Assembly: GCA_965218495.1 (NCBI GenBank)
Contig: OZ244626.1
Coordinates: 223,886 to 287,885 of the forward strand
DNA: 64,000 bases
DNA from: Rhodothermales bacterium
GTDB lineage: Bacteria; Bacteroidota; Rhodothermia; Rhodothermales; Bin80
Direction of reading: 5' to 3'
This document shows positions 50,192 to 60,001 of this stretch, piece after piece. The stretch's first letter is position 1; the number at the start of each line of letters is the position of its first letter. Under the pieces are notes generated by a model. It was not told where the DNA came from, did no database searches, and saw only the letters and a program-made list of their open reading frames with translations. A program made the translations under genes and the position numbers.

Positions 50192-51688
50192 ATGGAACTG
50201 GGCGGAGCCTACGACAGCATCCTGTTTGACCTGGCCGGGGGATTCTCACTGATTCTGCTCTTGGTCGCCGGCATCATATGCATCGTCTGGGACATCTACC
50301 AGAATGACGATCCGGTGCTGCCAGCCGTTGCTGCGATGGCGTGCGTGGTGGCGATAGGGTGGGAGGTGCGCAACCTTGATGCTGGGGGCACCACAGCGTT
50401 TTACCGCCTGATACGTGCGTACGGGCTCGCCTCGTTCGTCAACATCACGATTCTGCTTAGCGCTTTGGCTACGGTGATCTTGAGCGTGCCATATCTGAAG
50501 CGCATTAAGCGCGGATATGGTGAGGTCTATGCGCTCATACTGTTTGCCACCGCGGGCGCGGTGATGCTGGGCAACGCGAACAGCCTGGTGACGGTGTTTG
50601 TAGGTCTGGAAACCATGTCCATTTCATTGTACATCTTGGCAGGCTTGGTCCACAACGACGAAGGAGGTATCGAGAGCGCGCTTAAGTACTTTCTGCTTGG
50701 CGCTTTTTCTACAGGTTTTTTTCTGTACGGCATCGCGCTGCTCTTCGGGGCAACGGGGACGATGTACCTGCCGGAGCTCGCCGCGGGCTATGCCGCGCGC
50801 GGGAGCCTGACGCTTCTGTTCTGGGCGGGCGTCGCTCTCTTCCTGGTTGGGTTTTTGTTCAAGGTCAGTGCAGTGCCATTCCACATGTGGACACCCGATG
50901 TCTACCAGGGGGCGCCTACTCCGCTGACAGGGTACATGTCGACGGCGTCTAAGGCAGCGGCCTTTGCTGCGCTGGTTCTGGTGCTCTACTATGGCCTTGC
51001 GGACATGCCCGTAGCCGAGTGGCAAACAGCGCTGGCTTTGGTGGCGCTGGTGACGATGGTAATGGGTAACCTTCTGGCCCTGGTGCAGAACAATGTCAAA
51101 CGTATGCTTGCGTATTCGTCAATTGCACACGCCGGCTACGTGCTTGTGGCGCTTGCGGCTGGTACCAGTGAGGGATATGCCGGCGCGGTGTACTATCTGC
51201 TCATTTACTCGGTCATGAATATTGGGGCCTTTGGGGTGATGGCGTTGCTCGAGTGGGATGGCAAGGAAGGGCGTTTGCAGACGATTGACTCGCTTTCGGG
51301 CATTGGCTTTCGCAAGCCCATTCTTGGCGTAACCATGGGCATTTTTATGTTCAGCCTAATTGGATTCCCGCCCTTTGGGGGTTTCTTCGGCAAGGTCGCA
51401 GTCTTTACGCCCGCAATACAAGCCGGCTATACGTGGCTGGCGATCGTTGGCGTGCTCGCCAGCGCGCTATCCGGGTATTACTATCTGCGTGTACTTTACG
51501 TATTCTGGATGCGACCCAGTGAAGGGGTAGCGCCCAGTATGCGCGATCGTGCCTTTCCAGTAACGATACCTTCGGCGAGCGTGCTGGTCACGTGCGCGCT
51601 GGTGCTGATAGTTATCGGATTCGTGCCATTCGTGCGCGACTTAACGCTTGGCTATTTTGGCGTATTCGCACTAGCTACAGTGCCGTAG
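50192..51688 (+). CDS. nuoN: NADH-quinone oxidoreductase subunit N
   Basis: ESALKYFLLG, FKVSAVPFHMWTPDVYQGAP, KRMLAYSSIAHAGY and YYYLRV motifs; ATG 50192 chosen. Confidence 0.96.
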   Translation: MELGGAYDSILFDLAGGFSLILLLVAGIICIVWDIYQNDDPVLPAVAAMACVVAIGWEVRNLDAGGTTAFYRLIRAYGLASFVNITILLSALATVILSVPYLKRIKRGYGEVYALILFATAGAVMLGNANSLVTVFVGLETMSISLYILAGLVHNDEGGIESALKYFLLGAFSTGFFLYGIALLFGATGTMYLPELAAGYAARGSLTLLFWAGVALFLVGFLFKVSAVPFHMWTPDVYQGAPTPLTGYMSTASKAAAFAALVLVLYYGLADMPVAEWQTALALVALVTMVMGNLLALVQNNVKRMLAYSSIAHAGYVLVALAAGTSEGYAGAVYYLLIYSVMNIGAFGVMALLEWDGKEGRLQTIDSLSGIGFRKPILGVTMGIFMFSLIGFPPFGGFFGKVAVFTPAIQAGYTWLAIVGVLASALSGYYYLRVLYVFWMRPSEGVAPSMRDRAFPVTIPSASVLVTCALVLIVIGFVPFVRDLTLGYFGVFALATVP

Positions 51689-51823
51689 CCAGCTTGCCGC
51701 GTGCGAATTGGCTGCAGGCCTGATGATTTCATAGTCTGAGCGGCCCGTATCTTTCGAGACGGCAACGCGTACACACAGTCCAACATTCAGCAAGTTAGGC
51801 CGCGTCATGGCGGTGCCTGCTCT

Positions 51824-52246
51824 ATGCCGGTGGAAGCTCTGGTCAAAGAATTGATTCCGCACGCACCGAATTTGGGCGTGTACGTACATCCGCACATTCC
51901 GGACAAGCTTCTGCGCAATGCAATTGAGGACTATGCGCCCGAGATGGCCGCGCAGAAAGTAATGGCACTCCTGGATCTCACCTTCTTGAAGAACGCGAAG
52001 GACGGGGCGCTACTTGGAGCTGATCGGATGGTGTTTCAGAATACCGATCTTGCGGCTCCGCAGATGGTCCAGTACCGCGACATCGTAGGCGTAGAGAAAA
52101 AGCGCAAGATATTTAGCTGCAAGCTGCATCTGGATGTCAATAGTGGGCGCGCGACATTCAGGGTCACGATCGACTTTGCAGGCAAAGAGAAGGCCATCGG
52201 CTATTTTCATAAATTCTTTCAGGAAGCCATGCTCGCCTCAGACTAA
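51824..52246 (+). CDS. Hypothetical protein (possible PH-like fold)
   Basis: 140-aa ORF with coding-like codon usage; DLTFLKNAKDGALL...YRDIVGVE pattern. Confidence 0.7.
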   Translation: MPVEALVKELIPHAPNLGVYVHPHIPDKLLRNAIEDYAPEMAAQKVMALLDLTFLKNAKDGALLGADRMVFQNTDLAAPQMVQYRDIVGVEKKRKIFSCKLHLDVNSGRATFRVTIDFAGKEKAIGYFHKFFQEAMLASD

Positions 52247-52390
52247 GGAAGGCGAGGATCCCAAGGGTGCCTGCGCTTGTTCTGGCCGGCTGCACTACTA
52301 GGATCGCGGGGCCATTGTGCTCTACCTGGAAACCAACTAGAGCTCTTCACAGTTAAGCGTCCCTATTTCACCAAATTGACCCATATCACG

Positions 52391-53032
52391 ATGGCTTTTG
52401 AACTGCCGGACCTTCCGTACGCCTATGACGCACTCGAGCCCTACATTGATGCGCGAACTATGGAAATCCACCATACGAAGCATCACCAGGGCTACACGAA
52501 CAAGCTCAACGCTGCTCTAAAGGGAACGGAGCAGGAAGGTGCGGCCAGCGGAATTGCCACTATCCTGCACAGCGCCAGCCAAGCGGCACAAAGTAACGGT
52601 ACGGTAGTCCCGGCCGGGCTGCGCAATAACGGGGGCGGCTTTGCCAACCACTGCCTTTTCTGGAACGTTATGGGGGCGGGCTGCGGCGGGGATCCCATCG
52701 GAGACCTTGCGACCGCCATCAAGAAGGACTTCGGATCTGTGGACAAGTTTCGTGCCCTGTTTAGCAACGCTGCTGCAACCCAGTTTGGCAGCGGCTGGGC
52801 ATGGCTGGTCTACGACCCGGTTGGCGCAAGACTTGAGGCCTATTCCACGGCAAATCAAGACAGCCCGTATATGGGTGGCCATGTACCGTTGCTTGGGCTC
52901 GACGTTTGGGAGCACGCCTACTATCTGAATTATCAGAACCGTCGGCCGGACTATATCAAGGCATTCTGGAATGTGGTGAATTGGGCGGCGGTGGCAGACA
53001 ACTTCGCTGCGGCGCCAGACGTCAGGTTCTGA
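52391..53032 (+). CDS. sodA: Superoxide dismutase, Mn/Fe family (Mn-like signature)
   Basis: [37 protein letters not shown] and DVWEHAYY motifs; ATG 52391. Confidence 0.93.
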   Translation: MAFELPDLPYAYDALEPYIDARTMEIHHTKHHQGYTNKLNAALKGTEQEGAASGIATILHSASQAAQSNGTVVPAGLRNNGGGFANHCLFWNVMGAGCGGDPIGDLATAIKKDFGSVDKFRALFSNAAATQFGSGWAWLVYDPVGARLEAYSTANQDSPYMGGHVPLLGLDVWEHAYYLNYQNRRPDYIKAFWNVVNWAAVADNFAAAPDVRF

Positions 53033-53073
53033 ATCTGCCCGGTAGCGTTAGTTCTCTGTCCCAGGTAGTCGGT

Positions 53074-53697
53074 ATGGAATTGCCGCCGGACATCGATATC
53101 CGGTGGGCCGAGGTAGTCGAAGGGTCGGAAGTGTCGCAGCTGTCTCTCTTGTCGGCTGCAGAGCGCATGCGGTTTCAAGGGATTCGGCACCCTCGAACGC
53201 GGCAGCACTTCCTGCTGGGGCGTGTGGCACTTCGTTCGCTACTGGCCGAGCGGCTCTCGATGCAAGCGGCAGCGGTACCTCTGGTCGTAGCGCCCGATGG
53301 CGGCGTTGATGTGGCTACCAGTCCTGTACGCGTGAGCATTGCTCATTCTGGCCAGCGCGCGGTGGCCGTCGCTGCGCTGCGCACGATCGGTGTTGATCTG
53401 GAGCACATCCGGCCGAGATCGGAGGACGTGTCAGACTTCATACTCCATGCATCTGAGCGTTGCGATTACGAAGCACTAACGCTGGACCCGACGCGCCGCC
53501 TCATCCTGTATTGGACGCTAAAAGAGGCGGTGCTCAAAGCGTTGCGTGCCGGCCTCAGGCGTTCGCCCAAGACTATCCGTCTGGCTATCAACGTATCGTA
53601 TGGCTCTGGCTTGGCCTTCCTGGACGACCGGGCACCTTTCGAACTGCGCTTTCAGGAGCACGATGGGTTCTACGTGTCGGTGGCGTATGAGCGGTAG
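53074..53697 (+). CDS. 4'-phosphopantetheinyl transferase (Sfp type)
   Basis: SIAHS, IGVDLE and WTLKEAVLKA motifs. Confidence 0.9.
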   Translation: MELPPDIDIRWAEVVEGSEVSQLSLLSAAERMRFQGIRHPRTRQHFLLGRVALRSLLAERLSMQAAAVPLVVAPDGGVDVATSPVRVSIAHSGQRAVAVAALRTIGVDLEHIRPRSEDVSDFILHASERCDYEALTLDPTRRLILYWTLKEAVLKALRAGLRRSPKTIRLAINVSYGSGLAFLDDRAPFELRFQEHDGFYVSVAYER

Positions 53698-53811
53698 CTA
53701 GTTGGTGATGGCGTCTATCGTCAACGCGAGCTACCTTGCAAACGCGGGCGCCTTGCGGCTCGACTGCAGAGTTGTAAAGGCCAATAGTGTGGCGGATCCA
53801 ATAGCTGCCAG

Positions 53812-54179
53812 TCAGTTGACCAGATCCTTGATAGTGACACGACCTACCCGGTTGGAACTGCTCTGGTGAATGAGCAACTCGCCGTTGCGGGTTACCCAGA
53901 CGTGTCGGATGATACCCACACCCGAAGGGATAGCCCAGCTTTGAAACGTCTCTGTCTCGGGGTCGAACCGCACTAGCGCGTCAGGACGCATGCCCGACTC
54001 ATTGTACCAGATTTTGTCGTTTATGACCGCCAGTGCATAAGGGTGCGAACGGGGTCCGCTCGGCGACTCCCACTCCTTGATCTCACCCGTGGCGGGGTTG
54101 AGCCGCCCAAGGCGCCCCATAGTCGAGTTGACAAACCACACCATTCCGTCGCTTGAGATGCCCAAGCGTCGCACGCGGC
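53812..54179 (-). pseudogene. 3' fragment of the IS-disrupted cytochrome c/Vgb-family gene
   Basis: RRLGISSDGMVWFVNSTMGRLGRLNPATGEIKEW... continues in frame from the 5' fragment once the IS and one TSD copy are removed. Confidence 0.9.
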
Positions 54180-54259
54180 GGGATCGCACAAATTCAAGTT
54201 GGGAATTGGAGAGTTGCTGTGGAGGTGGACCCTGGTCTCCACCATTCCTTTCCAACCAT

Positions 54260-55228
54260 ATGAACCCCTCACAGCCTGTCTTGGGGAGGGCTGAGGCGCC
54301 TGCAGACGCCCAGATCAATCCCTCCGGTGACTCGCGGCGGCTTCTGATGAAGCTCTGCACGCACATACTGCAACAATTGACCACCGACTGGCCCATTCCG
54401 GCAGCGCATCAGCAGCCGGTGCCACCGCCCGTAGTGATCAAGGCCTCTGCTGCGGCCCAGGACACAAAGCCGGACTCGGCGCAGTTGAATGAAGCGTGGC
54501 AGCTGTTGCATTCGCGCAGTCTGCAAGACGACCCGATCGTTGCGATCTGGCTGCGCGGGCTGTGCCCACGCGGCGTTAACATCGTTCTTGGAGCGGGTCT
54601 GACCATCACGGGCTATCGCCGCATACTTGGCCTGGTAGCGTGCTACCCTGAAAACGTCTCTGCTCTTACGTCCTTTGTGCAGTCGCTGTCCGATCGTGGT
54701 CTTTCGGCCGCCTCCGGGCTGCTCTGTGTGCTGCCCAGCAGTACGGGACTGCAATCGGCGGTGCGCCAGGTGTTCGGCCCCAGGGTCGCTATACAGCGCT
54801 GTCTCAATACGCTGTTGGATCAAGTCACCTGTGGTCTTCCGGAAGACCTTGTTCCTGTGTGTCGCAATCGCCTCCGCCAGGCATGGAATGGGTTCGATGC
54901 CCGGGAAGCTGAACGCGCACTCACCCGTATTCACCAGGACTTGACGCGCGTCAATCGGTCCGCAGCGAAGGTTCTATGGGAGGGCCTGGAGCAATCTCTG
55001 ACGATTCAACGCACGGGCATGCTGCTCAAGCTCGACAGGGGGCTGCGCGTGATGCGCTTCATGGATGCCATCGGTCGCAGGTTGCAGGCCCCGGCCAGCG
55101 CCGTTTTCCAGCAACGCGAACAGATGGCACTGGCGCTGTTGGAACACGAGGCTCAGCTGCGCCGTGTGGCCCATGCGGCCTATCTGCCACAACTTCGTGA
55201 GACTCTCATCAACCTCAACGCCGTATGA
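54260..55228 (+). CDS. IS256 transposase homologue with degenerate catalytic motifs (322 aa)
   Basis: Aligns along the neighbouring transposase (EN, RG, GL, VFG, QRC, AW, EGLE) but reads WLRG, LPSSTGL, QRCLNT and FMDAI at the DDE and CxxH positions. Confidence 0.8.
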   Translation: MNPSQPVLGRAEAPADAQINPSGDSRRLLMKLCTHILQQLTTDWPIPAAHQQPVPPPVVIKASAAAQDTKPDSAQLNEAWQLLHSRSLQDDPIVAIWLRGLCPRGVNIVLGAGLTITGYRRILGLVACYPENVSALTSFVQSLSDRGLSAASGLLCVLPSSTGLQSAVRQVFGPRVAIQRCLNTLLDQVTCGLPEDLVPVCRNRLRQAWNGFDAREAERALTRIHQDLTRVNRSAAKVLWEGLEQSLTIQRTGMLLKLDRGLRVMRFMDAIGRRLQAPASAVFQQREQMALALLEHEAQLRRVAHAAYLPQLRETLINLNAV

Positions 55229-56541
55229 TGACCCATACCCCTATGCTGGATCAATCACTCATCGAGGACCTTCACGGGCTTGCGCAGAGGAATTTCATCG
55301 GCCTGGCCAGCTGCCTTGGATATCTCGATGATCTTCTTACCAAGATGGCCACATGGGTCATGGAAGCCGAAGCCCGCTTCATTTGCGGCGCACGTGGGAA
55401 GCACCGTAAGACCGGCTTTCAGCGCTGGGGGACGAATCCGGGTTCCATCCGCGTCGGTTTGGAGCGCATTGCGGTCCGCGTTCCGCGCGTACGGAATGTA
55501 CGAACCCGAAAGGAGCGTCCTCTGCAAACGTACCGCCTCTTGCGCAAGCGTGGGCTTATGGACCGGGAAAGCGTGACCAGGGGGTTGCTGTGTGGACTCT
55601 CGCGGCGCAATTACAGGCAGGCGGCCCAGGTCTTCACCGATAGTATGGGGTTGAGTGCCAGCAGCATAGGCAACGTCTTCGTTACGCAGACGGCAGCGCT
55701 ACTGAAGGAATTCGAGACGCGCCGATTCGATCAGCACACCTTTGCGGTGCTCCTGCTTGATGGCAAGTATTTGGCTGGTGTGCAGATGATCGTAGCGATG
55801 GGCATCACGACCGAGGGCGAGAAGGTCGTCCTGGGCTTTGCGGAAAGTCGTACCGAGAACAGTGCGCAGGTGCAGTCGCTGTTGCAGGATTTGTTGCGTC
55901 GGGGCTTCACCCATACCGACAAGCTGTTGGTACAGGTGGACGGCAGCCGCGGGCTTCGCAAGGGGATCAGTGCGGTGTTTGGGGATGCGGTCGTATTCCA
56001 GCGCTGCCAATGGCACAAGCGTACCAATGTGACGCGTCACATCAAGAGCGAGCCAGCGGCCACGCAAATGAAGCGTCGGCTTCAGGCGGCATGGGAACTG
56101 CCCACGTACAAGGAGGCACGGGCGGCGCTTGTGTCGCTGCATGGAGCGCTGCAGCGATCGTGTCCGAAGGCCGCGCGCAGTCTGGAGGAGGGTTTGGAGG
56201 ATACGCTGACGCTTCACCGGTTGGGGGTGCGGAACCAGGCTGTCAGAGACAGTCTGAAGACGACGAACATCATCGAGAACCTCAACAGCATTATAGCGAA
56301 CCGATCACGGAACGTGAAGCGCTGGGGATCATCGGGGATGCGTCAGCGCTGGTGCGGAGCGATATTCATGCAGTACGAGTCGAATCTGAAGCCGATACGC
56401 CGGGAGGACATGAAGGAGCTGACCCAGGCGTTGACCACCTCCGGGGGTCGAGGGGCTAGTGGGGATTCGGTCTGCCAGCCCCAAAGGACTGCAAAGGCAA
56501 CACCTGGCGCTCAATGCCCGCGCGCAGTAGTGCGCTGCTGA
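55225..56541 (+). CDS. IS256 (Mutator-type) transposase
   Basis: VRVPRVR, GLSRR, LLLDGK (D1), VQVDGSRGL (D2), QRCQWHK (CxxH) and TTNIIENLN (E). Confidence 0.92.
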   Translation: MMTHTPMLDQSLIEDLHGLAQRNFIGLASCLGYLDDLLTKMATWVMEAEARFICGARGKHRKTGFQRWGTNPGSIRVGLERIAVRVPRVRNVRTRKERPLQTYRLLRKRGLMDRESVTRGLLCGLSRRNYRQAAQVFTDSMGLSASSIGNVFVTQTAALLKEFETRRFDQHTFAVLLLDGKYLAGVQMIVAMGITTEGEKVVLGFAESRTENSAQVQSLLQDLLRRGFTHTDKLLVQVDGSRGLRKGISAVFGDAVVFQRCQWHKRTNVTRHIKSEPAATQMKRRLQAAWELPTYKEARAALVSLHGALQRSCPKAARSLEEGLEDTLTLHRLGVRNQAVRDSLKTTNIIENLNSIIANRSRNVKRWGSSGMRQRWCGAIFMQYESNLKPIRREDMKELTQALTTSGGRGASGDSVCQPQRTAKATPGAQCPRAVVRC

Positions 56542-56844
56542 CGCTGGCATAAGCAAAACCCGCAGCTGTCCGGACGCTCTGAGGCGCTGCACCCTGCCAA
56601 GATCGCCGCTTACGCGTGCAATCAGAGGATTCCTGCGGGATTTCGTGCCCGAGAAGTCACTCCACGAGCCTGCCTGCGCCCGAAAATCCGCGTGTGAGCA
56701 CGCAATTGGGCCCATATAAGCTTGCACCGTCCCATTTGCACCCACACACTCGGCCCGTAGCGCCATCTATTGCCAAAAGATATCTACTTTGAGGGCCCAT
56801 CTCGGCAGAAGCTGCCGAAACCCAACTTAAAAATGTGCAATCCC

Positions 56845-57723
56845 CACGCGGCTACCAGGATCAGGGAGGGTATAGTAACGAACTTCCATGGATTCGGGGT
56901 TGAGCGCGCCCAGCTTGTTGGTGCCATTGTAGGCTACCCAAATCGTTTCGTCCTGGGCCACCACGATGCCATACGGACGCTGCTCCGTATCAACCTCGGT
57001 GAGTTCGCCGGTGCTCGGGTCCAGTCGGCCCAGCATGCCAGCCCGCTGCGAGGAAAAATATAGCTTTCCGTTGGGGTGCCAGGTCATCGTATGCGGATCG
57101 CCCGCTTCAGTCTTGTATTCGGTTATCTCCCCTGTTGCTGGGTCAAGTTTGCCAATGGTTCCGTTGCTGTTGCCCGTGTACCAGATGTGCCCCTGCTCAT
57201 CTGGCACGATGCTGTGCGGCTTGGCGGATGGCGGAAGCGGAAATTCCTCCATCTCACCGGTTACAGGGTCCAGGCGGCCGACCAGGCTGGCCCACATTCC
57301 GGTCCACCAGATCGATCCGTCCGGTGCCTCAATAGGGTCTCGAGAGCGCTGCCCAAGTGTCGGCACCATCCATTCTTCAAACTGTATCTCCACGGGGCCG
57401 TCGATGAGGTTAGGCCTGCGCTCCTTCTGCTCCGGAAAATGTTCGGCCAAATAGTCCGCAATTGCGTTAGCCTCGGCTTCTGACAGTTGTACCATGGAAG
57501 CCGACACGGCTTTCCATGCTTCCAGAGTGTTGTAGCCGGCCGATCGGTTTATAGTGCGGGCCGTATGGCAGCTTGTGCAGTAGCCCTCTACAAGCGCTTT
57601 GGCAGGTCCGTCTGGGAGCGTAGCGGTGCCGCCGCGCTCCTGAGCCTGCGCGGCCTGGTAGCAGCAGACAAGCATGGCAAAGACAAGTAGGGTGCGAATA
57701 GTGAAGTCCTCGTGTTGGCGCAT
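56845..57723 (-). pseudogene. 5' fragment of a cytochrome c + virginiamycin B lyase (Vgb)-like beta-propeller gene, disrupted by the IS
   Basis: Signal peptide, heme motif CTSCH and repeated GRLDP.TGE..E propeller blades; ends PDPGSRV at the IS junction. Confidence 0.88.
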
Positions 57724-57752
57724 TGGGCGGCGATAGGGGAGCTTTGGTGGCC

Positions 57753-59990
57753 TCATTGGATGAAGGTGTAGGTGTACTTCAAGAGCAACGTGCGGCTTTC
57801 CAGTGCGGGGAGCACAGGATCCACCCCGTACCGATCAGTGTTGCGGCCCTCGTTGAATACTATCCAGAGGTCGTTGCCCTCGCGGAAGTTATAGCGGAAT
57901 CGCAGGTTGGCCAGAAAGTTGTCGGTTGAGGCATTGTACTGCAAAAACGCGTTGAGGGACATCTTGGTCGAAAGGCCGATCTGCGTACGAATGCGCCCGA
58001 TGTGGACACTGAATCCGTCGTTGCGCACCGGAAAGCGAACACGGTTAAACTGGTAGGCGGCCCCGAGCTCCAGAAACCGGGTCACATTCCACGTGGGCTC
58101 GATTTCTAGGCCAACATTGCTGCCGTCGTAGAAGGTCCCCGCGGTGGCCGTCGCATTGGTGCGCAGCAGATGGCCATCGCTCATCTCGTAGCTCCACTCC
58201 ACCACTGCGTACCGATAGTGCCCTTCCGGAACGACAGTATTTTCGGGAAGCTCAAGCGGCTCACGGAAGTCCTCAACGTTTACTTCTAGGGTGGCGGCAT
58301 GCAGGTCCCCATCCTTGAGCGCGATTGGGACTTCAAAGCGATAAAAGGCCCAATCCAAGCTTCGATCATCGTCCCTGAAGTAGTGGGTCATCAGAAACTC
58401 TCCCCGATAGGACAGCACACGAGAGGTCTCCTTGGCAAACCAGCCATACCCGACGATAAAGAAAGGGTTGAGAAAGCCCGCCCGCGACAGGAACCCAATT
58501 CCCGGCAGAAAGTCGCGGCCCTGCCACGTACCTGAAAGCGTGTAGCTGAGGCCGATTTGCGTTCGACGCTCCAGCCGAATGCGTGCAAAACCGCTGGATC
58601 CAGCCTCAAATGGGTCCAGACCTGTATCGTCGGAAAGCACTTGGGCCCACTTTAAGATCAGGTAGTTGCTTGGCGAGAATCGTAGCTGGCTGTCGAATCC
58701 ATAGACGTGGTTGTAGGATCGGTCCCACCCGATGCGCGTGGTGACTATCCCGCCGACAAAAGAATTGGCGTTGAATACATCTCTGCGTAGCCGATAAACG
58801 CCAAAATTCTCTCCGGGCAGCCCGCCCGCCTTTGCTGTCTGCATGTTGAGCATGCCCACATCCCAATGCCCTACGCGGCCGACCAAGCGAACTCCGCCGA
58901 TGATTGGCACCGTCTGGCCCTCATGAAGGCCGATCCTCCGAGAATGGAAAATACGGCCAAACCGGCCTAGCGTACGAAACTCAAAGATGCCCGCCCGCTC
59001 CTGAAAGAACTGGCGCTTCTCTGGAAAAAACAGCGGGAACCGCGAGAGGTTGACCTGCTGATCGTCCGCTTCTGCTTGCGCAAAGTCGGTATTAAGTGTG
59101 ACATCCAGCGTAAGGTTGTTCGTTAGGTTGTACTTGAGATCAAGGCCTAAATCCCCATCCAGGTCATCACTTGCCTCGTAACGGTCCCCTGCCTCCGTCA
59201 GCTCATTAAGGCGGGAGGCGCCACTTGCCACGTAGGGGGTAATGTACAAGGGGCGGTTGGATACGGCACCTTCAAAGCGTACGCGAGCGTACTGAGAGGG
59301 CTTTGCGTACCCCATATCCCAGTTAGGCGGAATGGCTGGGAAAACATGGGTCTCTGCTTTGCTGGGGATCCATCGCCCCAATGCCATGCCCATCTCCACT
59401 GTCCCGTCCTGGTCCTGAAAGCTCAGGCTGGAAAACGGGATACGGATCTCGGCAAACCAGCCTTCACTCGTACGTGTTGTAGCTGCGTCCCAGTACGTAT
59501 TCCAGCTCTGGTTAATGACGCGATCGAATGGGTCACCCCCGCCAAACTCCAGATCGTTGGAGATGGCATAGTCCATTCGAACGCCATTGGGATTGGTGGA
59601 AAACCAAAGCCCATGCTGCTGATCGTTGAATGTGTCCAGGAAAACCGAGAATACATCGTCTCCACTATAGCGGTCACGGTACATCGAGTTGGCGCGCATG
59701 TCAGCAACATCATCGTAATAGAATTTTGCCGACGCGTAGATATAGTCATTGTCGTACCCAACGCGAATCTCGGTGCGCTCGGTTGCCTCTCCCAGGAATA
59801 CCGGTTCGTACATCACCATCGGTATGGGATCCAACGTTTCCCACACAGGATCGTCTAGCACGCCGTCCAAATGGATGTGCCCAGTGACGCGTTGCAGGTA
59901 GTAGATGTCCTGCGCACGAATATTTTTCGCGTAGATGAGCGAAAGCGAGACGAAAACGAACACGGCAAAGGCCTCCCGGCGCAATCTCAT
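57753..59990 (-). CDS. Exported CBM9-like/DUF5916 domain protein (second paralogue)
   Basis: IHLDGVLDDPVW, EIRIPFSSL, LNTDFAQAEAD and PEKRQFFQE motifs; C-terminal LKYTYTF. Confidence 0.8.
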   Translation of the reverse strand: MRLRREAFAVFVFVSLSLIYAKNIRAQDIYYLQRVTGHIHLDGVLDDPVWETLDPIPMVMYEPVFLGEATERTEIRVGYDNDYIYASAKFYYDDVADMRANSMYRDRYSGDDVFSVFLDTFNDQQHGLWFSTNPNGVRMDYAISNDLEFGGGDPFDRVINQSWNTYWDAATTRTSEGWFAEIRIPFSSLSFQDQDGTVEMGMALGRWIPSKAETHVFPAIPPNWDMGYAKPSQYARVRFEGAVSNRPLYITPYVASGASRLNELTEAGDRYEASDDLDGDLGLDLKYNLTNNLTLDVTLNTDFAQAEADDQQVNLSRFPLFFPEKRQFFQERAGIFEFRTLGRFGRIFHSRRIGLHEGQTVPIIGGVRLVGRVGHWDVGMLNMQTAKAGGLPGENFGVYRLRRDVFNANSFVGGIVTTRIGWDRSYNHVYGFDSQLRFSPSNYLILKWAQVLSDDTGLDPFEAGSSGFARIRLERRTQIGLSYTLSGTWQGRDFLPGIGFLSRAGFLNPFFIVGYGWFAKETSRVLSYRGEFLMTHYFRDDDRSLDWAFYRFEVPIALKDGDLHAATLEVNVEDFREPLELPENTVVPEGHYRYAVVEWSYEMSDGHLLRTNATATAGTFYDGSNVGLEIEPTWNVTRFLELGAAYQFNRVRFPVRNDGFSVHIGRIRTQIGLSTKMSLNAFLQYNASTDNFLANLRFRYNFREGNDLWIVFNEGRNTDRYGVDPVLPALESRTLLLKYTYTFIQ

Positions 59991-60001
59991 CCAGGCTCCG
60001 T

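Larger units (their letters stand above)
54180..56844 (+). mobile_element. IS256-family insertion sequence, 2,665 bp, two ORFs
   Basis: IRL GGGATCGCACAAATTCAAGTTGGG (54180-54203) and IRR CCCAACTTAAAAATGTGCAATCCC (56821-56844) match at 20 of 24 positions. Flanking direct repeat CACGCGGC at 54172-54179 and 56845-56852. Confidence 0.93.

Noticed and set aside
54077-54259. N-terminal extension of the 383-aa ORF and the 194-aa ORF 53812-54396 as listed in the track
   Set aside because: Both cross the IS left end and are chimeric readings of IS and target DNA.
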